Source: a bacterium
GTDB taxonomy: Bacteria > Bacillota_I > Bacilli_A > RFN20 > CAG-288
DNA length: 64,000 nucleotides
Reading direction: 5' to 3'
Assembly: GCA_963660905.1 (NCBI GenBank)
Contig: CAVKZJ010000005.1
Coordinates: 19,081 to 83,080, forward strand
In this document: positions 47,601-57,233 of the stretch, one piece after another
Layout of the letters: the number at the start of each line of letters is the position of its first letter
How positions within the stretch are numbered: position 1 is the first letter of the stretch
Position numbers and translations under genes: made by a program
The notes under the pieces: model-generated
What the model saw: only the letters and a program-made list of their open reading frames with translations
Databases searched by the model: none
Told to the model about the DNA's origin: nothing

Positions 47601-48971
47601 TTCCATGATTTCATTCAAGGCTTTTTTAATCGGTTTTCCTCTATCCACGTCCTCTTGTCTGATATGAGATGTTTCAATAGAGAACTTCGATAATTTATGT
47701 CCATCTGGATTGATGAAGAAATCGATTTCATCGAGAATCTCTCCAGTCGGAGACATCTTGACGGCACCGAATTCAATCAATCGGTCATAACGGCAGGAAA
47801 GACCGGTCGTTTCGGTATCGAAGATGACATATGTTTCCTTGGAGAGTTCTCGATCGCTCGGATTGTAGATGAAAGTCATCTTGTCATCGACCATATAGAG
47901 TTCTGAACCATATAAGATCTTCACCCCGGTCGCCTTCTGGGCCTTCTGTGCTTCCGGATAGGCCTGCACATTGCCATGGTCCGTCAATCCGATGGCTTTC
48001 ATTCCCCAACTCTTAGCCATCTTGGCATAATCGGTAATGGAGCAGAGTCCGTCAAAGGCCGACATCTTGGAATGGGCGTGAAGTTCGACTCTCTTCTTCG
48101 GATATGTATCCTCTCTGATCGGATCAGGAGGGAGAATCTCAATCGAATCGATGCGGATAACCAATTCACCATGCTGGAAAGGATCATGTTCCGGTCTTCC
48201 CTTGACGCGGATCTTTTTTCCGACTTGATATTTCTCAATCTCTTCAAGTGTCATTCTCTTATTCTCGAAAAGAGTCGATGAGATGCTATCGCTCCCATCG
48301 GTATATTCAATCGGCTGGATAAGCTGATTCTTTTTAGTCTTTCTTGCTTCGCCAAGCTTGAAGATCGTTCCTTCGACAATGACAAGGCGGAACTGCTCGA
48401 CATCCTTGAGCTTGCAAGGCTGATAATGGGACTGAATATCCTCAATCTCCTTCATCTGACGACTGACCTCATCCGCCTTCTTCTGATATTTTTCATCTCT
48501 TCGATCAGAAAAGTCATCATAAAAGACCTTTTCCTGAACAAGAAGACGATAGGAAGAAGAGATGCTATCGAGGAAATTCTTGAGTTGCTGCGTTTCCGAA
48601 GTGATCGCTGTGGCTCCATCCGCGGATTCATAATAGAAGAGAACTGTTTTATCTTCCGGATAGACTTTTCGATCCGAAAGCCACAGGCATTTCATTTCTT
48701 CCTCAAATTCGGAAATGAGGTCATCGATCTTGCTTTCATCCTGATAGACAAAAGACAGTTTGATTCCAAACCCACCCTTCGCAGTGAAGGATGAGAGGGT
48801 ATCAAAGAAATTCTGATAGACGGAATAAGGAAGATATTTATCCAGCTGAATGGTCGCAATGATCCGATTATTATCCTTGTCATTGGTCAGTTCCTTGAAA
48901 GAAGCATGTTCAAAAGGCACCACATTTGCAATACCGATTTTGTTTAAAAAACGACTGATCAAAGTATCCAT
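44625..48971 (-). CDS. polC: DNA polymerase III alpha subunit, PolC type.
   Basis: The protein is 1448 aa with a PHP domain (ELHAHSKMS), an inserted 3'-5' exonuclease (VIFDTETTGL) and the polymerase core. ATG 48971 (MDTLISRF) has a GAGGTG SD. Confidence 0.95.
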   Translation of the reverse strand: MDTLISRFLNKIGIANVVPFEHASFKELTNDKDNNRIIATIQLDKYLPYSVYQNFFDTLSSFTAKGGFGIKLSFVYQDESKIDDLISEFEEEMKCLWLSDRKVYPEDKTVLFYYESADGATAITSETQQLKNFLDSISSSYRLLVQEKVFYDDFSDRRDEKYQKKADEVSRQMKEIEDIQSHYQPCKLKDVEQFRLVIVEGTIFKLGEARKTKKNQLIQPIEYTDGSDSISSTLFENKRMTLEEIEKYQVGKKIRVKGRPEHDPFQHGELVIRIDSIEILPPDPIREDTYPKKRVELHAHSKMSAFDGLCSITDYAKMAKSWGMKAIGLTDHGNVQAYPEAQKAQKATGVKILYGSELYMVDDKMTFIYNPSDRELSKETYVIFDTETTGLSCRYDRLIEFGAVKMSPTGEILDEIDFFINPDGHKLSKFSIETSHIRQEDVDRGKPIKKALNEIMEFFGDSIIVAHNAYFDFDFINEALKNNGMPLISNPVIDTLPLSRYLFPDMRSHREEALARRLSIEFDATGAHRANYDAGHLAKIFDAMLSLLEEKMPHVKHKDLSSLPVSKEMMLGLHPYHATVYVKNLDGLKDLYRIISLSNTVYLSKNSTPLTPRSLLEENRKNLIIGSACLNGEVWEAATTKGQDKLKSVIEPYDFIEVQPPANYLYQIHKGELSSMDEVKNILFDLIHTAKNMGKIVCATGDCHYLNPEDKIYRDVFIASKGLQGARHPLNLAPYDSASNEKKQAWYKNPLPNPDQHFRTTDEMMDCFAFLNDTALAEEIVVDNTNKIADSIADDIKPTKDKTYPPFIEGANEKLTELSYQTAKELYGDPLPQVIQERLETELNGIISGGYAVVYWLSSDIVRWSNSKGYLIGSRGSVGSSFVATMSGITEVNPLPPHYRCPKCKKLIFADIMKYDSGFDLPPMKCPDCGTDLIGDGQNIPFATFLGFHADKVPDIDLNFPSDFQATAHLHMQEVLNASGNHCYKAGTIQTTQEKQARGYVLGYYESLGIDHSKIRNAEIDRIAAGCVDVKRSTGQHPGGVIVIPKGMEAYDFTPVQYPADDPDSKWETTHYDFHAIHDNVLKFDMLGHVDPVAIKMQCDLCGFSFMDMKEKIPISDPEAHSLFWSTEALHLKNNVLKQDTGALGLPEFGTENGRRVLIETKPRSFSDLVRISGLSHGTNVFAGNAEDLITQKGLTLGDVIACRDDIMTVLHDKYGVDNSDAFKIMEFTRKGSFGKPGNEDKKEAYDKIMKEHNVPDWYIESCHKIAYMFPKGHAVAYVSNCIRCAWFKVHEPLAYYATYFTLRCDAYDIKTMMKGINPCMKKREDILSRKARREQVSNTELATINAYESTIEMYDRGMSFAPLDVNVSLATKFSIDRKKNQVIPSLTCVPSLGESVAEMIVKARDEHPFTSIEDLKERGHVGDKMIDTLNSLGALGDLPEDEQMTLF

Positions 48972-48993
48972 AAAAAACACCTCGCGAGAAGAT

Positions 48994-49022
48994 ATTGTAT
49001 AGAACGAAAGAGGAAATGACAA
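48994..49022 (-). promoter_or_regulatory. Candidate polC promoter.
   Basis: The minus strand reads TTGTCA (49022..49017), a 17-nt spacer, then TACAAT (48999..48994). Confidence 0.5.
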
Positions 49023-49196
49023 GAACGGAAAAGCATTTTCGATTCAGTCTGTGAATTGATAGAAAGCGGAAGCAAGGATTTCAATCCTATCTCCTTCTAT
49101 TCTTCATATACTCGATATTTTTTCTGTTTTTGGAGAATCTGAAAGTCTCTCTCACTCTCTTCCATCCAGATGATTTTCTCGATTCAAAGACATAGG

Positions 49197-49220
49197 AAAA
49201 GGCCACATCGCTGTGACCTT
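49197..49220 (-). terminator. Hairpin with a GCGA tetraloop after rseP.
   Basis: The minus-strand RNA reads AAGGUCACA-GCGA-UGUGGCCUU followed by UUCC. The U-run is short. Confidence 0.4.
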
Positions 49221-49229
49221 GTCATGTAA

Positions 49230-50660
49230 TTAGAATCCGCCGACAAAAATATCCTTGAAGATAAGAAGTCCTGCCAGGACCATCATGATGATGAGTCCGA
49301 TTGTATTCGCAACATTCTTCACCTTCGATGGGAATTTCTTTCTTGTGATGCTCTCAAGAAGGGCAATCAATGTCTGCCAGCCATCCAATCCTGGGAAAGG
49401 TAGAAGGTTGAAGCAGCCGAGGTTCAAGGAGATATATCCCCAAAGAGTCAGGAAGGTATACATGGAACCGGACTGGGTTCCCTGGGCGGAAAGACGATAT
49501 ACGGAGATGATGCCTCCGACATTCTTCCATCCGCTTGGCGTGAAAAGAGATCCCAAGGCCTGATAGAGTCCGACGAAGAGAGAACCGAACTGCTTTGCAC
49601 CTGCCTGAATGCCTTCCGTAAAGGATGCCTGGTAGGTCTTCGTCAAGGAGGAGATGCCAAGATAGCCAAAGGAATAATATTCCTTGTTATTGACCTTCTT
49701 GATGCTCGTCTTGATCGGATCAGTCGCCTTCGTGAAGGTTTCCTCTCCTCTCTGATAGGTGATGTGGAATGTTCTTGTCGATTCCGCACCGACCATATAG
49801 GCAGAGAAATCCGTGTTGTATGTCTGATCGTACAAAGAAAGATCGAACGCCTTGACGCTTTGATCGATATAGGGCCAATAGTTGGTGTAGATATCCTGAC
49901 AGGCATAGGAGATGGAATGGACATCGACGTCATTGTAGTTGAGATTCGATTTTGATTTGCTTTCTTCCTTGATTTTCTGATAATCCGTCATCTCGACCTG
50001 TTCTTCCGTGACAGGGAAAGTCAGCGTCTTTCCCTTCGCAACCTGTTTCGTTTCCTTGTCGATGAGATTGTCATAGGTCTGATAGATTGTGAGAATCTTA
50101 TCCCCATCCTGCATGCCGATGAGCTTCGCAGGGGAATCACCCTCTCCATCATATTTCAGCTGAATGACATTTCCTGTGTAGACAGCCTGTTCCTGCGGAA
50201 CCCAATAGGCGCAGGTAAAGAGGATGATTGCCAGGATGAAGTTCATCGTGATGCCAGCAAGCATAATGCAGATCTGCTTAAAGTGATTGACACCAGTCAG
50301 GCATCTTTCTTGTGGAATGGTTGTTCCATCCTCGGCAAGATTTCCATCTTCGCCCGCCATGGCGACATAGCCACCAAGAGGAAGGGCGCGGATTGATAAC
50401 TGCGTCTCACCAAGAACCTTCTCTTCTTTTCCATCCGCGGTATAAAGGACATTGTCCGTCAGGACATCCTTCTTGCTCTTTTTCTTCTTGTGCTTGAAAC
50501 GGTGCTTAAAGAGAAGGGGACCAAAGCCGATGGAATATTCGAAACAATAGACATTGCATAATTTGGCGACAGCCAGATGCCCAGCTTCATGGATACACAC
50601 CACGAAGGACAAGCCCAACAAAAAGACGACAATATTCAGTATCACCTGTAAAACGGCCAT
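49230..50660 (-). CDS. rseP: RIP zinc metalloprotease RseP (site-2 protease).
   Basis: It has HEAGHLAVA in the first TM helix, a PDZ-like middle region and NLLPFPGLDG. ATG 50660 lies after an AGGAGGA SD within the dxr end. Confidence 0.88.
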   Translation of the reverse strand: MAVLQVILNIVVFLLGLSFVVCIHEAGHLAVAKLCNVYCFEYSIGFGPLLFKHRFKHKKKKSKKDVLTDNVLYTADGKEEKVLGETQLSIRALPLGGYVAMAGEDGNLAEDGTTIPQERCLTGVNHFKQICIMLAGITMNFILAIILFTCAYWVPQEQAVYTGNVIQLKYDGEGDSPAKLIGMQDGDKILTIYQTYDNLIDKETKQVAKGKTLTFPVTEEQVEMTDYQKIKEESKSKSNLNYNDVDVHSISYACQDIYTNYWPYIDQSVKAFDLSLYDQTYNTDFSAYMVGAESTRTFHITYQRGEETFTKATDPIKTSIKKVNNKEYYSFGYLGISSLTKTYQASFTEGIQAGAKQFGSLFVGLYQALGSLFTPSGWKNVGGIISVYRLSAQGTQSGSMYTFLTLWGYISLNLGCFNLLPFPGLDGWQTLIALLESITRKKFPSKVKNVANTIGLIIMMVLAGLLIFKDIFVGGF

Positions 50661-50662
50661 GA

Positions 50663-51859
50663 TCAATCCTCCTGAGACTTCATAATCTTGGACATGACTT
50701 CCCTTGCATATTCTTCGGAAAGGGAAATGATGGATTTCAGGTCCTCTTCCTTCAATTCAGGCAAATTGTCCAAGTGAGTGTAAGTATATCTTAAGGAAGA
50801 TAGCAATTGCAAATAGCTGATCTTCCCATCCAGGAAATAGGATATAGCCAAGGTATCGACGGCATTGTAGTAGATCATTCCGACATTGCCGTATTTCTCA
50901 TAGGTCGAAATCGTATAGCGGAAGGCTGGGTAGAAATCCTCATCGATGGCCTGGAAATGAAGCTTCTTCTTGTTTTCCAAGTCATCCGAATTATCTTTAT
51001 GCATGCCGAGCATTCCTTTGGAAAGACTATAGGCAATCGGAATTTTCATGCTGCAGGGAGAATATTCCTCCAGAAGAACCTCTTTTCCATCCTTCTGATA
51101 GGTCAATTGAGCATGGACAAGGGATTCACGGCAGATGATCGCACCGACCTTGCTTAAAGGAACATCAAAAAGAACGCTCGCCTCAATGACCTCATATCCC
51201 TTGTTGACCAGAGTCGCACTGTCCACGGTGATCTTGCTTCCCATCGCCCAGGTCGGATGATGAAGAACAGTCGAGGGTGAAACCTCTTTCAGTTCTTCTT
51301 TTTTTAAGTCACGGAGGGCACCGCCCGATGCCGTGACCGTATAGCGGAGGATATCTTTCTTATCGATATTTCTCTGCTTGGTCTCCTTGATCAGTTTGGC
51401 CAAGGCAACATGCTCACTGTCCACTGGATAGATATGCGAGGAGGAATGGACAAGCTCCTTTTTTATAAGGGAGGAACCGATGACCAAGGATTCCTTGTTC
51501 GAAAGCATGATATCCTGATTCTGCCGGATCGCCAAAAGAGTCGGCCGAAGTCCGCAGTTGCCAATCAAGGAATTGAAGACATTCGCATCCCTACAGGCTT
51601 CAATCAACTTCAGGGAAGAATCCTCCCCGGTGAAAATGGTGTAATAGGGATGGCGAAGATGAAATTCCTTCGCTGCTTTCTCATCCGAGATCGCGACATA
51701 TTCTAGGGAATCGAAATAGAAAAGATAGGGTTCCAATTTCTCAAAGCGGGAATTCAAGGAGACACCCACCAATTCATAATCGATCGAAAACTGAAGGATA
51801 TCCAATGTCTGGATACCGATGGAGCCAGTCGCTCCCAAAACAATGATTTTTTGTCTCAT
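50663..51859 (-). CDS. dxr: 1-deoxy-D-xylulose 5-phosphate reductoisomerase.
   Basis: It has VLGATGSIGIQTLD, NKESLV and DSEH. It lies in the cdsA-dxr-rseP context. Confidence 0.9.
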   Translation of the reverse strand: MRQKIIVLGATGSIGIQTLDILQFSIDYELVGVSLNSRFEKLEPYLFYFDSLEYVAISDEKAAKEFHLRHPYYTIFTGEDSSLKLIEACRDANVFNSLIGNCGLRPTLLAIRQNQDIMLSNKESLVIGSSLIKKELVHSSSHIYPVDSEHVALAKLIKETKQRNIDKKDILRYTVTASGGALRDLKKEELKEVSPSTVLHHPTWAMGSKITVDSATLVNKGYEVIEASVLFDVPLSKVGAIICRESLVHAQLTYQKDGKEVLLEEYSPCSMKIPIAYSLSKGMLGMHKDNSDDLENKKKLHFQAIDEDFYPAFRYTISTYEKYGNVGMIYYNAVDTLAISYFLDGKISYLQLLSSLRYTYTHLDNLPELKEEDLKSIISLSEEYAREVMSKIMKSQED

Positions 51860-52981
51860 TTAGATAAGGAAATTCCATCCATAAGCTGTAATCCATAAGA
51901 GGATGGTCGTGAAAATGCAGTTTGTGAAGATCGAATCGAAACGATCGATGACACCGCCATGGCCTGGGAAGATTTTTCCGAAATCCTTGATGCCATAATT
52001 TCTCTTGATAAGAGAGAAAAGGAAGCCGCCGATATTTCCGACGATTGGGAAAGACAAGGTGATGAGAATCAAGAAAGGCCAGGAGATGCCATGCAGGATG
52101 CCCATGCGATCCAAAGCCGGAGAATAGGAGAACTGCAAGAGGCCTGGAATGATCGGAAGATGGAAGCAGAATTCCATGATGGCAGCCATGCCCAAGGAGA
52201 CAACGACGCACATCGCCATGCCGCCAAAGAAGCCTTCCCATGTCTTATGGGGAGAGATTCTAGGATTCATCTTGTGTTTTCCAAACAGCATGCCGAAGAG
52301 ATAAGCTCCGACATCGCTCGACCAGGTTCCGATGCAGATATAGAAGATAAGAAGCGAGGAAGCCAGGTTCTGGTCATATCCATAGCACTGGTAATAGTCC
52401 TTAAAATAGTTTTTCAAGACAATCGCCTGATTCGAGAAAGGAACGCTGACTGTCAGATCCGAGAGATTCGGATTTTGAACAAATCCGGTTGAATTCGGGA
52501 AGAAACGAACAAAATAGATTCCCATGAATCCCAAGGAAAGAAGAATGCCAAGCGTGAAGAGATAAGTAACATCCTGCAATTGGACTTTCGGGTCGACAAC
52601 CGCGATGGTAAATAAGACTAAGCCATATAATGTGATTCCAGTCACAGAAACAAAAATATCGGATAAAGAGAAGATTCCTCCATTTGTGAACGGATTGAGA
52701 TACGAAGGATTGTCCGGAGAACGAAGAAGATTCTTCAAGAAAGCCCAATAGATAAATGACAAGACGAAAAGGTAGACAACGGCCTTGACGAACCAGTTGT
52801 ATCGATTCAGTCCCGGTGTCGAAAGAATTTCATGGATGGCGACAATCGCAAGAAGGAAGAAAAGGACAAAGAAAGCCCAGTTTCCAAAAAGCGTCACAGG
52901 GAAAAGGACAAGGACAAGACAGATGGCCGTGATTGTTCTTGTCAGCAGCCCCATCTTCGAAGAATTAGAAAGTTTATTCAT
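51860..52981 (-). CDS. cdsA: Phosphatidate cytidylyltransferase, long form (373 aa).
   Basis: It has SDVGAYLFG, SPHKTWEG and GHGGVIDRFDS. The N-terminal half adds extra TM segments relative to CdsA of about 270 aa. Confidence 0.85.
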   Translation of the reverse strand: MNKLSNSSKMGLLTRTITAICLVLVLFPVTLFGNWAFFVLFFLLAIVAIHEILSTPGLNRYNWFVKAVVYLFVLSFIYWAFLKNLLRSPDNPSYLNPFTNGGIFSLSDIFVSVTGITLYGLVLFTIAVVDPKVQLQDVTYLFTLGILLSLGFMGIYFVRFFPNSTGFVQNPNLSDLTVSVPFSNQAIVLKNYFKDYYQCYGYDQNLASSLLIFYICIGTWSSDVGAYLFGMLFGKHKMNPRISPHKTWEGFFGGMAMCVVVSLGMAAIMEFCFHLPIIPGLLQFSYSPALDRMGILHGISWPFLILITLSFPIVGNIGGFLFSLIKRNYGIKDFGKIFPGHGGVIDRFDSIFTNCIFTTILLWITAYGWNFLI

Positions 52982-52984
52982 ACA

Positions 52985-53740
52985 TTATTCCTTTATGGCA
53001 CCAAATCGTCTGTTGCGTTTGGTATAGGCAAGAAGGCATTCCGCCAAATCTTTTTTTGAGAAACTCGGCCAATAGACATCGACGAATTCCAGTTCCGTAT
53101 AGGCAAGCTGGTAGAGAAAACAATTGGAGATTCTCTCTTCGCCGGATGTGCGGATCAAAAGATCGATATCCGAGATTTCCTTCGTATAGAGATGACTCTT
53201 GAAAACGTCATCCGTGATATCCTCAACCTTGATTTTCTGATCGAGAACATCCTGGGCAATTTCCTTGGCGGCATGAAGAATTTCACCTCTTCCGCCATAA
53301 TTGAAGAGAACATTGAAGACATGTCTTTTGTTATTCTTCGTTCTTTCCATCGCCTCATTGATTGTCTGTAGGATCTTCTGAGGAATCCTAGGGTCATTCA
53401 GTTGGCCAAGAACACGGACCTGTGTTCCCTTTTCCATGAAATAGTCGATTTCCTTTTTGAAGAATTCTTCGAGAAGCTCGAAAAGCGTTTCGATTTCCTT
53501 TTCAGGGCGATTCCAGTTTTCTGTGGAAAAGCAAAAAAGACTGGCGGCATAAATGCCGTAGTCTTCAAAGGCTGAATCAATGATTTCGTGGATTTTGTTG
53601 ACACCGGCCTTATGACCGGCGCTTCTTGGAAGAAGTCTTTTTTTGGCCCAGCGGCCATTTCCATCCATAATAAAAGCGATATGCTTCAAAGGAGCATAGC
53701 TTTGGATATCTTTTAGATCAGTTGCTTCTTTTTTTGCCAT
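52985..53740 (-). CDS. uppS: Undecaprenyl diphosphate synthase.
   Basis: It has HIAFIMDGNGRWA, FSTENW and RTSGEERISNF-like RTSGEERISNC. Confidence 0.92.
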   Translation of the reverse strand: MAKKEATDLKDIQSYAPLKHIAFIMDGNGRWAKKRLLPRSAGHKAGVNKIHEIIDSAFEDYGIYAASLFCFSTENWNRPEKEIETLFELLEEFFKKEIDYFMEKGTQVRVLGQLNDPRIPQKILQTINEAMERTKNNKRHVFNVLFNYGGRGEILHAAKEIAQDVLDQKIKVEDITDDVFKSHLYTKEISDIDLLIRTSGEERISNCFLYQLAYTELEFVDVYWPSFSKKDLAECLLAYTKRNRRFGAIKE

Positions 53741-53741
53741 T

Positions 53742-54284
53742 TTAAATGGTCTCGATATCTTTTACCTTAGCCTGATAGAGTTTGTCGATTTCGGCAACAT
53801 GCTTATCCGTGGCTTTCTGGATGTCGTCATCATAACCCTTCTTCATATCTTCGGACAAAGTCTCATCCTTCTTGACCTTGGTATTGAGATCTCTGCGGAT
53901 ATTGCGAATGGCGACTTTGCCGTCTTCGGCATATTTCTTGGCCTGCTTTTCGAGGTCTTTTCTTCTGTCTTCGCTTGGTGCCGGGAACTTGAGGACAATG
54001 GCATTTCCATTCTGTGCAACAGAGCAGCCTAAATCAGCCTTGTTGATGCCGGAAATGATGTCCTTCACGGTCGAAGGATCGAATGGTTTGACAGACAAGT
54101 CGGTTGGGCTGACGACAGAAATCGTCGCACCATATTTGATTGGAGATGGGGATCCATAAAGATTGCAGGTCACCTTGTCGAGCAATGCGGCAGAGACTTT
54201 GCCGGCTCGAAGGGTTGCCATGCTGGCTTTGAGAGCTTCCACGGATTTATCCATCTTTTCATTGCATTCTGCTAGATAGTCCAT
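53742..54284 (-). CDS. frr: Ribosome recycling factor.
   Basis: The layout is typical of Frr (180 aa from ATG 54284). GGAGG lies 11 nt upstream. The TTG at 54302 was not preferred. Confidence 0.88.
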   Translation of the reverse strand: MDYLAECNEKMDKSVEALKASMATLRAGKVSAALLDKVTCNLYGSPSPIKYGATISVVSPTDLSVKPFDPSTVKDIISGINKADLGCSVAQNGNAIVLKFPAPSEDRRKDLEKQAKKYAEDGKVAIRNIRRDLNTKVKKDETLSEDMKKGYDDDIQKATDKHVAEIDKLYQAKVKDIETI

Positions 54285-54346
54285 AATTTGATATTCCTCC
54301 AAAATATAAATATATTCTACTAAAAATCCAGATATGGAAAAAGACT

Positions 54347-55066
54347 TTACTTGGAATTGGTCACCAAGGTGCCCAGGTCTTGCCCATCGACGACTTTCAC
54401 GGCATTTTCAGGGTCGTTCATATTGAAGACTCGGACATCGACATTCGAATCGAGAAGAAGTCCGATGGCGGTCGCATCCATGACTTTGAGGCCTTTGGAT
54501 AAAATATCCTGATAAGAGATTTTCTTGATCAGTGTGGCGTCTGGATTCGTTCTAGGATCATCCGTCAGAATTCCTTCCACGCCATTCTTGCCCATGAAGA
54601 TGCCATCCGCACAGATTTCCTTTGCACGCAAGGCTGCGCAGGTATCGGTTGTGAAATAAGGAGAACCGATGCCGCCGGCAAAGATGACGACTCTCTTCTT
54701 TTCGAGATGACGAATCGCTTTTCTGCGGATATAGGGTTCACAGACCTTGTTGCATTCAACGGCAGACATGACGCGTGTGACAAGTCCCTTATTTTCGAAA
54801 AAGGACTGCAGACACATGGCATTCATGATTGTCGCAAGCATGCCCATATAGTCGCCTGATGTACGTTCGATTTCCAAAGAGGAAGCCAGATTGCCTCTCC
54901 AGATATTTCCACCGCCGACAACGATTGCAACTTCTGTTCCCTTGTCTGTGATTTTCTTGACAATCTGATAGATTTTTTCGAGGAATTCCTTGGAATAGAT
55001 ATCTTCATGTCCCTTGAGTGCTTCTCCGGAAATCTTAAGAAGGATTCTTTTGTACTGCTTGGCCAT
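54347..55066 (-). CDS. pyrH: UMP kinase.
   Basis: It has RILLKISGEAL, VVGGGNIWRG and FAGGIGSPYFTTD. Confidence 0.93.
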   Translation of the reverse strand: MAKQYKRILLKISGEALKGHEDIYSKEFLEKIYQIVKKITDKGTEVAIVVGGGNIWRGNLASSLEIERTSGDYMGMLATIMNAMCLQSFFENKGLVTRVMSAVECNKVCEPYIRRKAIRHLEKKRVVIFAGGIGSPYFTTDTCAALRAKEICADGIFMGKNGVEGILTDDPRTNPDATLIKKISYQDILSKGLKVMDATAIGLLLDSNVDVRVFNMNDPENAVKVVDGQDLGTLVTNSK

Positions 55067-55087
55067 TTTCTTTCTCCTTTATTCTAT

Positions 55088-55114
55088 AAGAAAGGCACCC
55101 TGCAAAGGGTGCCC
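55088..55114 (-). terminator. Hairpin between tsf and pyrH (attenuator or partial terminator).
   Basis: GGCACCCT (55094..55101) pairs with AGGGTGCC (55106..55113) around a 4-nt loop. A UUUCUU tract follows on the minus strand. Confidence 0.45.
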
Positions 55115-55129
55115 TTAAGTTCAATGGAA

Positions 55130-56029
55130 TTACTTACCGGCAGATGCCTGAGCGGCAACTTCGGCAGCAAAGTCGTCCTGACGCTTTTCGATGCCTTCAC
55201 CGACAGCATAGCGAATGGTCTTGACAACACTGGCACCATTCTCTTTGAGATACTGACCGACAGTCTTGGAATCATCAAAGATGAAAGGCTCATCGACAAG
55301 GACAGATTCGAAGAGAACCTTATTGACCTTGCCGGCGATGATCTTCTCCTGAATAGCGGCTGGCTTCTTGGAGAAGCTTGGATCATTCAAGGAAGCTTCC
55401 TTCTGAACTTCTGTTTCCTTGGCAACGACATCAGCTGGAATATCCGTTTCGTTGACATAAGCTGGGTTGTTGGAGCAGACGTTCAAGGCAACACCATTGG
55501 CGACTTCGGAATTTCCACCCTTCAAGACAACCAAAGTGGCAATCTTTCCATTCATATGGATATAAGGTCCGAAGACTTCATCATCACTCTTGGTGACGAT
55601 TTCGAATCTTCTGAAGTCAAGTTTCTCACCGAGTTTGACACCGGCATCGATGAAAAGTTCATTGATGGACTTTCCTTCGCCATTCTTGCATTCCTTGGCT
55701 TCATCCAAAGACTTTGGAGCATTGGCAAGAACGATTTCATTGACTTCCTTGACCAAGGAACGGAATGGATCCGAATTGGCAACGAAGTCTGTTTCAGAGT
55801 TGACTTCGACAATGGCGGCTGTGTTGTCCTTGGTCATGACCCAGGCAACACCTTCGGCAGCAATACGGCTGGAAGCCTTCTTGGCCTGCTTGGCGATGCC
55901 TTTTTCACGTAACCAGGTGACACTGGCTTCGACATCGTTGTTGTTGGCTAACAAAGCCTTTTTGCAGTCCATGATACCGGCTCCGGTACGATCACGAAGC
56001 TGCTTGATTAAATTGATAAGATCAGACAT
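55130..56029 (-). CDS. tsf: Elongation factor Ts.
   Basis: The N-terminus is LIKQLRDRTGAGIMDCKKAL. The protein is 299 aa and starts 2 nt after rpsB. Confidence 0.93.
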   Translation of the reverse strand: MSDLINLIKQLRDRTGAGIMDCKKALLANNNDVEASVTWLREKGIAKQAKKASSRIAAEGVAWVMTKDNTAAIVEVNSETDFVANSDPFRSLVKEVNEIVLANAPKSLDEAKECKNGEGKSINELFIDAGVKLGEKLDFRRFEIVTKSDDEVFGPYIHMNGKIATLVVLKGGNSEVANGVALNVCSNNPAYVNETDIPADVVAKETEVQKEASLNDPSFSKKPAAIQEKIIAGKVNKVLFESVLVDEPFIFDDSKTVGQYLKENGASVVKTIRYAVGEGIEKRQDDFAAEVAAQASAGK

Positions 56030-56031
56030 GA

Positions 56032-57072
56032 TTAGGCGTTCTCCTTTGCTGGTTCAGCGGCATCAGCAGAGGGAGCGGTTGTGGCACCTTCGGCTGGTGC
56101 ATCTTTCTTCTCTTCATTGTTTCTCGGACGGAAATTCTTCTTGACGAATTTCTTGCTGGCTGGACGATTTCCAGACTTCTTCTTTCTCATGGCAATGGCA
56201 TCATTTCTGAGCTTGGCACGGATTGCCTTGGTCTGTTCATTCGGATCGACACCCTTGAGCATTTCAGCCATGGTGGAAGAAGCAGCAGCGGCATCCTTGT
56301 AGGCATAAAGAGGTTCGCCACCCTTTCCTTCAACAACAGCGTCAGCCAAAAGTCCGATGATGATGCGGATGGAAGCTTCGCTATCATCATTGGCCGGAAC
56401 CAAATAATCGATTGTATCCGGATCGGTGTTGGTATCGCCTAAAGCGAAGACAGGGATGTTGAGAAGCTTGGCTTCAGCAACAGCATTGTGTTCTTCCTTT
56501 GGATCGACAACAACCAAAGCCTGTGGAAGAAGACGGATTTCCTTGATGCCTTCGAGGTTGGCAGACAACTTGGCTTTGAGCTTGAGTCTGTCAGCAGCTT
56601 CCTTCTTTGGAAGTTTTTCCAATTCGCCATTCAATTCTTCCTGTTCGATCTGTCTCAAGAGAGCGATTCTCTTGGCAACCGTGTGGAAGTTGGTCAAAGT
56701 ACCACCCAACCAACGATGGGCAACATAGAAGGAACCGGAACGGATTGCTTCTTCCTGGGTTGCTTTCTGAGCAGCAGCCTTGGTTCCGACAAAGAGAACC
56801 TTGCCACCCTTGGAAACAATGTCCTTGAGGGCCTGATAGGCAGTCTGCATCTGGCTGGCGGTCTTGTTCAAATCAATAATGTGAAGATTGTTTCTCTTTC
56901 CATAGATGTACTGTTTCATCTTCGGGTTCCATCTGGAAACTCTGTGTCCGAAATGAACACCGGCATCTAAAAGAGTTTTTGCACTGACAACCGGATCATC
57001 TGGATTATGGACAGTGCTGGCCATGACATCCACTTTCTGTTCGACAACTTCTTCTTTGACTTCTTCGCTCAT
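56032..57072 (-). CDS. rpsB: 30S ribosomal protein S2 with N- and C-terminal extensions (346 aa).
   Basis: The core has LLDAGVHFGHRVSRWNPKM. ATG 57072 has AAGGAGG 8 nt upstream. The tail is K/A/P-rich. Confidence 0.9.
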   Translation of the reverse strand: MSEEVKEEVVEQKVDVMASTVHNPDDPVVSAKTLLDAGVHFGHRVSRWNPKMKQYIYGKRNNLHIIDLNKTASQMQTAYQALKDIVSKGGKVLFVGTKAAAQKATQEEAIRSGSFYVAHRWLGGTLTNFHTVAKRIALLRQIEQEELNGELEKLPKKEAADRLKLKAKLSANLEGIKEIRLLPQALVVVDPKEEHNAVAEAKLLNIPVFALGDTNTDPDTIDYLVPANDDSEASIRIIIGLLADAVVEGKGGEPLYAYKDAAAASSTMAEMLKGVDPNEQTKAIRAKLRNDAIAMRKKKSGNRPASKKFVKKNFRPRNNEEKKDAPAEGATTAPSADAAEPAKENA

Positions 57073-57206
57073 GTTTTGAGCCTCCTTTTTGTTAAAACTT
57101 CTTTGATGCTTCAAGATGCCAACCCAATCGACTGTGCGTGGCAAGGACGTTACTCCTTGGACTATAGATGGGTGAAGTCCATTGGACTTGTCGGCAAGAT
57201 TCACAC

Positions 57207-57233
57207 AAAGAAAAGCCGTCTTTCAAAAGACGC
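57207..57233 (-). terminator. Hairpin plus U-run between the GH28 gene and rpsB.
   Basis: The minus-strand RNA reads CGUCUU-UUGAA-AAGACG followed by GCUUUUCUUU. Confidence 0.5.
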